From a bacterium (GTDB taxonomy: Bacteria; Patescibacteriota; Minisyncoccia; 1-14-0-10-42-19): 64,000 nt of DNA. Where the stretch lies: the NCBI GenBank assembly GCA_030690215.1, contig JAUYHD010000016.1, positions 17,681-81,680 of the forward strand, in the 5' to 3' direction. This document shows, one piece after another, positions 27,853-36,798 of the stretch. Below the pieces are notes generated by a model, which was not told the origin of the DNA, did not search any database, and saw nothing but the letters and a program-made list of their open reading frames with translations. How positions within the stretch are numbered: the first letter of the stretch is position 1; each line of letters begins with the position of its first letter. Position numbers and translations under genes: made by a program.

Positions 27853-30800
27853 ATGAAAAAAAATCTGTTCGGGGTTCTGACACTTGGAATCCTGGTTATT
27901 GTATCAAGTTTCGTTTCTACATCCGATGTTGCCGTAGCAGCACCTGTCCCTGGCAGCATAACCGTGTTTGCTTCTGATACTGGTGTTAACGACGCAACCG
28001 TGGGTACGCGAATTTGGGGCAATCCTCAAAATGTTTCAAGCAGTGATGACGTGTCCGCCCAGGCAAACTTCATAGAGGACCAGGATTTGATTACGCGGTA
28101 TCTCCGCGTTGCTCCTCAATCACTATCTGCAATCCCCGCAGGAAGCACTATTACCGGCATACAAGTTAGCGTTGAAAAGAAAAGGGGGGCAGCGGTTACT
28201 GTTAGGGATTATTCTATACGCCTTTATAAATCGGCGGGTTTTATAGGAAACAACAAAGCCGATACTGGCACTAACTGGCCCGCGTCAGACCAAACCTTCA
28301 CGTATGGGGGGTCGGGAGACTTATGGGGCGCCACATGGACAAGAGACGAAGTAGTAAATAATTTGCAGGTTGGGATTTCCGCCCAAAATACTTTTAACGG
28401 AGGGGCAGGGGCCGTCATTGATTCTATTCAATTCACTATTTGGTATGAATACACTCCGCCCGCCCCAACCGTAATTGAAGCAGACAACACCGTGTTTGCT
28501 GCAACTACCGGCGTCAACGACACAACCGTGGGTACAAAAATTTGGGGTACTACCAATAATATCGCGGCAAGCGATGATGCGTACTCACAAGTAAACCTTT
28601 TGACAGGCGGAGATATATCAAGGTATCTCCGTGTTGCTCCGCAGTCACTTTCTTCAATTCCTGAAGGGAGCACAATTAAAGGCATACAAGTCAGCATTGA
28701 GAAAAGTAGAGGTACGCAATTTGTTAAAGATTATTCTATACGCCTCTACAAATCCGGAACGGGCTACATAGGCAGCGACAAAGCTAACACAAGCGTTAAC
28801 TGGCCTGCTTTAGATGAAATAGTTACCCATGGAGGTAATGGTGATTTGTGGGGGACCACATGGACCAGAGATGAAGTGGTTAATAATTTGGAAGTGGGAA
28901 TTTCCGCCCAAAACCAAACTACCACTTCAGCAGGAGCAAAGATCGATTCCATACAGTTTACTATTTGGTATGAATACACTCCGCCCGCCCCAACCGTTGA
29001 CCTAAAAGCAAACAGCGCCAACGGACCAATATCAATTGACTACAACACAGGTGCAACACTTTCGTGGGCTTCGACAAACGCAACATCGTGTGCCGCATCA
29101 AACGCATGGTCCGGAACAAAAGGCACATCAGGGTCAGAATCAACCGGAAATCTTACAGCATCAAAAACATACACGATAACGTGTACAGGGACAGGGGGAA
29201 GCGCAAATGATAGCGTTACAATAAATGTCCTCGCACCACCGCCCCCACCTCCTCCGCCACCGCCTCCTCCGCCTCCTCCGGCAACAACTGTATGCCAAGG
29301 CTCTGTAACTCTCTATCAACACATCAACTATATCGGTTATTCAGCGGGTTTTGATGTTGGCACCTACACCCTTGCACAACTTCAAGCATGCGGAGTTATT
29401 AACAACGACATATCTTCAATGAAGGTACCGAATGGCTACCAGGCAACGTTATATGATGGAGACAACTATTCAGGAATAAGTCTTACGCGAACTACTGACG
29501 ACAGCACATTGGTAGATGACGGGTTTAATGATTTAACTACATCGCTACGCGTAACAACCATTTCAACAACACCCACTCCTCCACCTCCGCCACCTCCATC
29601 GCCGGAACCTTCTCCAACTCCCCCACCGCCACCTCCTCCAACAAGCAACCTTGCTTTCCAAATTAATGACAAAATCCAAGTAACATCAGGACCTCTCAAT
29701 GTAAGAAGTTGCGCAAGCTTATCTTGCAACTCTCTTGGTATACAACCAACAGGTTCTTTGGGGTCAATTATCGGAGGCCCAACATTTGCAGATGGATTTT
29801 TCTGGTGGAATATCAATTACGATAACGCTCCGGATGGTTGGTCGGTTGAAAATTTCTTAACTCTCGTAACCTCAACTCCTCTACCACCTCCTCCACCGCC
29901 ACCGCCTCCAGCACCAGAACCTTCTCCAGCTCCACCGCCGCCACCTCCTCCAACAAGCAACCTTGCTTTCCAAATTAATGACCGTATTCAAGTAAACACA
30001 GGGAGCTCGGAATTTAATCTTAATGTCCGATCAACAGCAAATGGCACGATCGTTGGACAGCAATCAAACGGTGCGTTGGGAACTATTATCGGTGGGCCTC
30101 AAAGTGCTGGCAGCCACACATGGTGGAATGTTAATTTTGATGTAGCGCCTGATGGATGGGTTGCTGGAGATTTTCTTGTCACCAGTTCATCTCCTTCTCC
30201 AACACCTCCACCTCCGCCACCTCCTCCAGCACCGGAACCTTCTCCAACTCCCCCACCGCCACCTCCTCCAACAACAACCCTACTTTCTATTCCCGGAACC
30301 ATACAAGCAGAAAGCTATAAAGTAGGGGGCGAGGGTATTGGGTATCATGACACTACCCCAACAAACGATGGGGGCGCCGGGACTCGCAATGATGGAGTGG
30401 ATATAAAAGATGTCCCGGGTGAAGGTTTGACTATCGGATTTACAAATATCGGCGAATGGCTTGCATACGATGTAAGTGTCTCCCAAGGAGGGACATACTC
30501 TATTGATCTCCGCATCGCAAACGGAGAAACAACAAATCGTTCTCTCCACCTGGAAATAGACGGAACAAATAAAACCGGTTCGGTTACCGTGCCATCTACC
30601 GGATCATGGAACACACAAACAACTATTACAGTGCCCAATGTTTCCCTTACCCAAGGAACTCATGTATTGCGCGTTGTGTTTGACAATACCCCGCTTGATC
30701 TCAATTGGATGTTGTTTAATTTTGTTTCTTCCGGAAGTCCGTCTGCGCCTTCTGTGTCCACAAAATTCCAGATAAACGACCGCGTGCAAACAACAGACAA

Positions 30801-32835
30801 TCTTAATGTCCGCTCAATACCTTCAACTGTAACTGGGGTGGTGCTCGGCACGCACCAAACGGGATCACTCGGGACAATTATTGGCGGACCCGTTTTTGCA
30901 AACAATATTTGGTGGTGGCAAGTAAATTACGATAACAATCCTGACGGCTGGTCTGCTGAAAACTTTTTAACAAAATCAACAACGTCAGCACCACCGCCGC
31001 CGCCTCCTCCGACAACCATAGACATCAAAGCAAATAGCTCCGATGGACCAATATCCATTGCGTATAATTCAAGCGCAACACTTAGTTGGACTTCCTCAAA
31101 CACAACATCTTGCACCGCATCAAACGCATGGTCCGGAACAAAAAGCACATCGGGATCAGAATCAACCGGAAATCTTACGGAATCAAAAACATACACAATG
31201 ACCTGCACAGGAACTGGAGGAAGCGCAAATGACAGTGTCACGGTTAATGTAAATCCTCTGTCGACTCCTCCGCCTCCTCCCCCACCACCTCCATCTTCTA
31301 GCAATGAAGCACTCATATATGTAGATAATCAAAATTCCTCTGCTTCAGATTCTAACCCAGGAACAGTAACAAGCCCGCTAAGAACTATCGGCAAAGCCGC
31401 TCAACTAGCAAACTCAAAAAATAAGAGCGGAATTCCGGTACGAATTATTGTAAAAGCAGGCACATATCGAGAGTCGGTTGCATTCAATGATGAAACCGGC
31501 ATCACAACATCACCTATTACTATTGAGGGATCCCCCATCGGACAAGCAATTATTTCAGGATCAGATGTATGGACAGGATGGACTTCTACATCAGGTCTCT
31601 GGGTTCATGACTGGCCTTATGACTGGGGCGCGGTTTCCTGGCTTGGCGTACCCTCCGGAGAACTCGCAAGACGCCGCGAAATGGTATTCGTAAACGGTGA
31701 ACACTACATGCAAGCTCTTTCAACGGGAGAACTGACGGACAAAACCTTTTATGTAGATGAGGTCAACAATAAAATCTATGTAAAATCTTCCACCAATCTG
31801 AACACCTCAAAAGTAGAAGTCGGCACCCGGAAAGGAATATTCTATGCAAAGAATAGGCAAAACTTTACAATACGGGGCATGATATTCCAACACGATACCA
31901 CTGCCGGTGATTTATCTGGTGTTAATTTCGTCCTCATGAAAAACCTTGTCATAGAAGACAGTAAATTTTTGTGGAATAACTGGGGTGGGATGCAAATTAC
32001 AAGAGGTGAGGGAATTACCGTACGCAGACTCGTTGGTAATTATAATGGCGGGAAAGGAACAGAAATGGTGTTTAGCAAAAATGCCTTATGGGAAGATATA
32101 GAAAGTTCATATAACAACTGGCGCGGAGATTCGGGAGGGTTCAACCAATGGAGTGTCGCAGGTTCAAAGCACTTAAGGAACCGAGATGTTACATATCGTA
32201 ATTTTGTCGTCGCCAACAACAAAGCGAGAGGATTTTGGCTCGATTATGATAACTCTGGCATTGTTTTTGACGGTCTTATTTCTATTAATAATTATGAGAG
32301 CGGTATCTCTCTTGAAGCCAACCAGGGTCCGATACTTGTAAAAAATAGCGCAATCTGTGGGAACGGCGACTATGACGGAGTAAGAACCTCAACTTCATGG
32401 GGCGGACTTATTTCTGCAAACTCCATGAACATTACTATCCAGGATAGTGTTTTCTATCGGAACGTTGTTACTAATATTCGGACTCACGGAGCAAACATCC
32501 GACCGATCAACGATTTCGTAACAGGAGGGGTGCATGACGGAATATCGAAAAATTGGACATGGACGGGCATCGTTGATGTGGGCCAAGGCACAAATGAGTT
32601 GCTTGTGTATAGAGTAGATGACGCTACTGAATTTTTGGATACCCTTACGGTAAACAACAATATTTATTGGAACCCTACTGACCCAAATACATTCAATGCT
32701 AATGGGAGAACAGATTTTGCCGGATGGAAAACTAAAACCGGTCAAGAGCAAAACTCGGTATTTGCCGATCCAAATACTCTTTCTTTGACCAGCCAACAAA
32801 GAGCACTGCTAGACAGATGCATTGCTAGCTACTAA
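27853..32835 (+). CDS. 1660-aa secreted modular surface protein
   Basis: signal peptide, duplicated N-domain, 2 Ig-like, beta/gamma-crystallin, 3 SH3-like, CBM6-like, beta-helix; poly-Pro linkers. Confidence 0.88.
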   Translation: MKKNLFGVLTLGILVIVSSFVSTSDVAVAAPVPGSITVFASDTGVNDATVGTRIWGNPQNVSSSDDVSAQANFIEDQDLITRYLRVAPQSLSAIPAGSTITGIQVSVEKKRGAAVTVRDYSIRLYKSAGFIGNNKADTGTNWPASDQTFTYGGSGDLWGATWTRDEVVNNLQVGISAQNTFNGGAGAVIDSIQFTIWYEYTPPAPTVIEADNTVFAATTGVNDTTVGTKIWGTTNNIAASDDAYSQVNLLTGGDISRYLRVAPQSLSSIPEGSTIKGIQVSIEKSRGTQFVKDYSIRLYKSGTGYIGSDKANTSVNWPALDEIVTHGGNGDLWGTTWTRDEVVNNLEVGISAQNQTTTSAGAKIDSIQFTIWYEYTPPAPTVDLKANSANGPISIDYNTGATLSWASTNATSCAASNAWSGTKGTSGSESTGNLTASKTYTITCTGTGGSANDSVTINVLAPPPPPPPPPPPPPPPATTVCQGSVTLYQHINYIGYSAGFDVGTYTLAQLQACGVINNDISSMKVPNGYQATLYDGDNYSGISLTRTTDDSTLVDDGFNDLTTSLRVTTISTTPTPPPPPPPSPEPSPTPPPPPPPTSNLAFQINDKIQVTSGPLNVRSCASLSCNSLGIQPTGSLGSIIGGPTFADGFFWWNINYDNAPDGWSVENFLTLVTSTPLPPPPPPPPPAPEPSPAPPPPPPPTSNLAFQINDRIQVNTGSSEFNLNVRSTANGTIVGQQSNGALGTIIGGPQSAGSHTWWNVNFDVAPDGWVAGDFLVTSSSPSPTPPPPPPPPAPEPSPTPPPPPPPTTTLLSIPGTIQAESYKVGGEGIGYHDTTPTNDGGAGTRNDGVDIKDVPGEGLTIGFTNIGEWLAYDVSVSQGGTYSIDLRIANGETTNRSLHLEIDGTNKTGSVTVPSTGSWNTQTTITVPNVSLTQGTHVLRVVFDNTPLDLNWMLFNFVSSGSPSAPSVSTKFQINDRVQTTDNLNVRSIPSTVTGVVLGTHQTGSLGTIIGGPVFANNIWWWQVNYDNNPDGWSAENFLTKSTTSAPPPPPPPTTIDIKANSSDGPISIAYNSSATLSWTSSNTTSCTASNAWSGTKSTSGSESTGNLTESKTYTMTCTGTGGSANDSVTVNVNPLSTPPPPPPPPPSSSNEALIYVDNQNSSASDSNPGTVTSPLRTIGKAAQLANSKNKSGIPVRIIVKAGTYRESVAFNDETGITTSPITIEGSPIGQAIISGSDVWTGWTSTSGLWVHDWPYDWGAVSWLGVPSGELARRREMVFVNGEHYMQALSTGELTDKTFYVDEVNNKIYVKSSTNLNTSKVEVGTRKGIFYAKNRQNFTIRGMIFQHDTTAGDLSGVNFVLMKNLVIEDSKFLWNNWGGMQITRGEGITVRRLVGNYNGGKGTEMVFSKNALWEDIESSYNNWRGDSGGFNQWSVAGSKHLRNRDVTYRNFVVANNKARGFWLDYDNSGIVFDGLISINNYESGISLEANQGPILVKNSAICGNGDYDGVRTSTSWGGLISANSMNITIQDSVFYRNVVTNIRTHGANIRPINDFVTGGVHDGISKNWTWTGIVDVGQGTNELLVYRVDDATEFLDTLTVNNNIYWNPTDPNTFNANGRTDFAGWKTKTGQEQNSVFADPNTLSLTSQQRALLDRCIASY

Positions 32836-32960
32836 TCTTTATTCTCCGCAACGATCTCTGGGTTGTCAGAGTGATTAGGAAAAATACCCTGCATTTTATG
32901 CGGGGTATTTTTTGATTCCTCCGTAGACAAATACTCGGCAGAACTATATAATAAAATTGT

Positions 32961-33071
32961 ATGAAAAAAGTCATAACAGGAAAGCCCGAGGATGACACGA
33001 AACCTCACAGATTGCCTCCAGTCCCATTTGCGCCAGTCAATTGGAACCCGCCCATCAAACCGGAATTCTAA
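32961..33071 (+). CDS. Pro-rich micropeptide 1 (36 aa)
   Basis: TAGACA-17-TATAAT ending 8 nt upstream; MKKVITGKPEDDTKPHRLPPVPFAPVNWNPPIKPEF. Confidence 0.55.
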   Translation: MKKVITGKPEDDTKPHRLPPVPFAPVNWNPPIKPEF

Positions 33072-33246
33072 TTTTATCGCAACATTCGGAAGTCCGACTT
33101 CCGAATTTGGACTAATGCGCAAAACCCGACCTAGCACATTTTTATTAACACGAGCGGTGTTTCGGTGTAGACACATATCTTTTAAAAAGCTATAATGAGG
33201 GTGTAATAAAAGTCGATTATTTAAATATTTAATTATTGAAAAATAT

Positions 33247-33336
33247 ATGAAAGCAAAAACTGGAAACGACCCATTTTGGCCTGGTGGTCATGGAGGACAC
33301 AAATTACCCCCAGTTGGGTGGGGTCCATTAATGTAA
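33247..33336 (+). CDS. Gly/Pro-rich micropeptide 2 (29 aa)
   Basis: second TAGACA-17-TATAAT upstream; MKAKTGNDPFWPGGHGGHKLPPVGWGPLM. Confidence 0.55.
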   Translation: MKAKTGNDPFWPGGHGGHKLPPVGWGPLM

Positions 33337-33361
33337 GAATTAACTTTTATTTATATTTATT

Positions 33362-33541
33362 ATGAAACCTGAATTTGATATTATCTTGTTTGGACATCCA
33401 AAAAGAGACCCGGTGGATTATTTTGGCCTTGGCCGTACTGGCGGTGGAGGTCCGTCAGGACCTTGGCAGCAAGCGCCAGGCCCAGGACCCTTAGGTCCAT
33501 TGAATGGCCCGGTAGTCCCTGGGATAAAACCGGAGGATTAA
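33362..33541 (+). CDS. Gly/Pro-rich micropeptide 3 (59 aa)
   Basis: MKPEF...GPGPLGPLNGPVVPGIKPED. Confidence 0.55.
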   Translation: MKPEFDIILFGHPKRDPVDYFGLGRTGGGGPSGPWQQAPGPGPLGPLNGPVVPGIKPED

Positions 33542-33552
33542 TCACCTCTTGA

Positions 33553-33595
33553 CCCCGTTAGATGAGCGAGCTTTGAGAAGCTCTATCTAATGGGG
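33553..33595. mobile_element. 43-bp hairpin element with CTTGA duplication
   Basis: cttga-ccccgttag...ctaatgggg-cttga. Confidence 0.8.
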
Positions 33596-33596
33596 C

Positions 33597-33624
33597 TTGA
33601 CCTCAATAATAAAAGGATTATACT
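33597..33624 (+). promoter_or_regulatory. probable rRNA promoter
   Basis: TTGACC-16-TATACT about 340 nt before the 16S. Confidence 0.6.
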
Positions 33625-33960
33625 GATACTTGGTATGAAAGACCCAATAATTGTTTAGCTTAATACGTTTTGTTTTTAACAAGTAAACCCACTGCTGTCT
33701 TTGGAGACAGTTTTTGTTTTCCAAAATAGCAGCGGGAGTACTTGGACCAGCAATTTTACAAAAGAGATTAATAAAGTAAGAATCTTTTAAAAACAAAAGA
33801 AAAAGAAATATGCGTTTTCTTTTGTTCCGTTCACATATTTCGCTTGCGCTGCGCGCAATCGCGAAATAAAGTGCCCCGTCGAATGACGGGGCGCGAGAGT
33901 GCGAGAAACTTTGAACGTCCGGTCATCCGACCGGACTCAAAAAGACTCGCTCACTCTCGT

Positions 33961-36192
33961 CTTTTTGAGAGTTTGATCCTAGCTCAGGATGAACGCTGGC
34001 GGCGTGGATAAGGCATGCAAGTCGTACGGTCGTGCCTCTCTATCGCTCAGCACTCCCTAAGCTCAAAGTGTAAAACGAAAAGTTCAAAACTAATGTGAAA
34101 TAATTTCAACAAAGTTGAAATTATTATTCCTCAGTTTTACGTTTTTATTTTTGAGTTTTTAGTTTGAGTGCCGAACGGCAGTGAGGCACGACAGTGGCAG
34201 ACGGGGTAGTAACACGTAGGTACATACCACTGAGACAAGAATAACCCAGAGAAATCTGGGATAATACTTGATAGTCTAGTGATCGATTTTCCCTCACAAG
34301 ATGTTTTAATTTTTAATTCTCAATTATCAATTTTCAATAAAAATTTGGAAATTGAAACTTTCTCGCCTCGCCGTAGCTTTAGCGAAGCGGAAACATTGTC
34401 CGCCAGAGGCGGATCCTCCTCCGGAGGAAAAATTCAAAACAGTCCTTGCGGGTAAAAATCGGTTACTAGTAAAGGTTCGTAAGAACCGCTCGGTGAATGG
34501 CCTGCGGGCTATCAGCTTGTTGGTGAGGTAACGGCTCACCAAGGCTATGACGGCTAGGGGGTGTGAGAGCATGGCCCCCACCAATGGAACTGAGACACGG
34601 TCCATACATCTACGGATGGCTGCAGTCGAGAATATTGGGCAATGGGCGAAAGCCTGACCCAGCGACGCCGCGTGCAGGATGAAGGCCTTCGGGCTGTAAA
34701 CTGCTTTTATGGGGGAGGAATCCCCTCCTTGAGGTTGAGTGTGGTACAATCACGCTATGTATTATGTATATATCCTGAAATTAAATAATGAAAAATTATA
34801 CATCGGATACACTGTGGATTTAAAAAGGCGTATTGTTGAACACGAAACAGGAATGAGTATGCATACTAAAAAATTTTTACCTTGCATGCTTGTTTATTAT
34901 GAAGCATACAAATCACGAAAAGATGCGATGAAGCGTGAGAAAAATCTAAAAAAATTCAAAAGTTCATACAGACAATTAAAAATACGTATTGCTTCAAGTA
35001 TATTCGACACCAAGGAGGGGATGACGTTACCCCATGAATAAGGGCTTGCTAACCTCGTGCCAGCAGCCGCGGTAATACGAGGGGCCCAAGCGTTATCCGG
35101 AATCACTGGGCGTAAAGGGTTCGTAGGGGGTTGTATTAGTCCTATGTTAAAGCCTTCGGCTTAACCGAAGAAATGCATAGGAAACGGTATAACTGGAGGG
35201 TGTGAGAGGCTGATGGAACTCACGGTGTAGGGGTGAAATCCGTTGATATCGTGGGGAACACCAAATGCGAAGGCAATCAGCTGGCGCATTCCTGACCCTG
35301 AAGAACGAAAGCGTGGGGATCGAAAAGGATTAGATACCCTTGTAGTCCACGCCCTAAACGTTGATGACTAGCTATTGGAAGTATCGACCCTTCCAGTGGC
35401 GTAGCTAACGCGTTAAGTCATCCGCCTGGGAATTACGATCGCAAGATTAAAACTCAAAGGAATAGACGGGGACTCGCACAAGCGGTGGAGCATGTGGTTC
35501 AATTCGATGATAAGCGAAAAACCTTACCAGGGCTAGAAATTCTAGTGAAGTCGACCCGAAAGGGACGATGTCTCACAAGGACACTAGGACAGGTGCTGCA
35601 TGGTTGTCGTCAGTTCGTGGTTTGAACTGTTCCCTTAAGTGGGTCAACGAACGCAACCCCCGTTGCCTGTTATACATGTCAGGCAAGACTGCCCCTCACT
35701 TTGCGCACAAGCGCAAAGTGAGTTTACTAGTTACGCCTTGCTCTAGTTTGCTAGTTTAAATTTTACAACTAGAAAACTAAAGTGAGCAGAGCGAACGTAA
35801 CTAGAAAACTCACTTTGTTCGTTTGCGAACAAAGTGAGGGGAGGAAGGTGGGGATGACGCCAAATCAGCATGGCCCTCGACGTCCTGGGCTACACACATG
35901 CTACAATGGCACGTACAAAGGGCCGCAAAAGAGCAATCTGGAGCAAATCCCATCAAAACGTGCCCTAGTTCGGATTGAGGTCTGCAACTTGACCTCATGA
36001 AGCTGGAATCGCTAGTAATCGCAGATCAGCACGCTGCGGTGAATACGTTCTCGAGTCTTGTACTCACCGCCCGTCAAGTCAGGGAAGTCGGGAGTACCCG
36101 AAGTGCCAGGTATCTGGCCCGAAGGTAAGCTCGATAACAAGGACTAAGTCGTAACAAGGCACGGCTAGCGGAAGCTGGTCGTGGATCATTAT
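33961..36192 (+). rRNA. rrs: 16S rRNA with four insertions, not linked to 23S
   Basis: AGAGTTTGATCCTAGCTCAG, GTGCCAGCAGCCGCGGTAA, AAGTCGTAACAAGG; flanking processing stem 33812-33833/36306-36327; ends approximate. Confidence 0.98.
34757..35041 (+). CDS. small GIY-YIG nuclease inside a 16S intervening sequence
   Basis: YYVYIL..LYIGYT.DL.RR..EH..G, YYEAY...DA.KRE. Confidence 0.92.
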   Translation: MYYVYILKLNNEKLYIGYTVDLKRRIVEHETGMSMHTKKFLPCMLVYYEAYKSRKDAMKREKNLKKFKSSYRQLKIRIASSIFDTKEGMTLPHE

Positions 36193-36378
36193 CTAAACTA
36201 TTTCCGATATTCATTTGATTTTTATCAAAAGAAGAAGCGGAACAGTTAGGCGATACTCCCACTGGGAGTAATAGGTGTTAGTCGCGGAGCCTTTAAATCG
36301 CGACTTGAACGGAGCAAAAGAAAACGCACATACACAAAGACCCCGAATCGCGTTTGACGCGACGGGGTTTTTGTTTGC

Positions 36379-36506
36379 TTGACAAATAAAATAATCTTTG
36401 CTATCATGCGAGCACCTCACGTTTGAGGCCTATTTGATCGGATGACCTGTAGACCCAGGTCACACGGGGCGAGTTGCTGTAAAAAGCAAGCGCCCCTATT
36501 TTTTTT
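36379..36506 (+). ncRNA. candidate about 90-nt sRNA with its own promoter and terminator
   Basis: TTGACA-17-TATCAT, three hairpins, T-tract. Confidence 0.5.
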
Positions 36507-36518
36507 ACTTTTCATTGA

Positions 36519-36561
36519 CCCAGTTAGATGAGCAAGCTTTGCGAAGCTCTATCTAACGGGG
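36519..36561. mobile_element. 43-bp hairpin element with TTGA duplication
   Basis: followed directly by TTGACA-16-TAGAAT. Confidence 0.8.
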
Positions 36562-36616
36562 TTGACAATACTCCCCCATTCTGTAGAATAAACTCCGAAC
36601 TGAATAATTCCCTATC

Positions 36617-36760
36617 AGAAAGGAAAGGGCAAGTTAGGTTACCAACCTGACCCATTCTATCCCTAGGTAGACCGGAAAAGAGCAGCGTTCTTTTCCCTAC
36701 TTTGAGGACAAAGAATATGTCAGAACCTACCTTGCCTTTTTCTATGCATAAAAGGCAAAG
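36617..36760 (+). promoter_or_regulatory. structured 5' leader with alternative pairing
   Basis: rod-like hairpin 36617-36743 competing with ttgccttt/aaaggcaa. Confidence 0.45.
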
Positions 36761-36798
36761 AACATTAAAAATAAAAATAGAACCACACGGAGGATATC

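Noticed and set aside
29236-31296. CCN-rich tracts as a DNA repeat element
   Set aside because: Explained by poly-proline linkers with varied third codon positions.
34721-34731. CCTCCTT in the insert as a relocated anti-SD
   Set aside because: It is fully paired as the insert's closing stem and far from the 3' end.
34029-35839. group I/II introns in the 16S
   Set aside because: Inserts are short stem-closed hairpins in variable helices with no catalytic core visible.
34327-36262. ORFs overlapping the 16S other than the GIY-YIG
   Set aside because: Shadow ORFs of rRNA sequence.
36665-36690. SRP (4.5S) RNA from ccggaa...agcagc
   Set aside because: The GGAA is paired in a stem rather than forming the apical tetraloop, and the CAGG/AGCA symmetric loop cannot be built.
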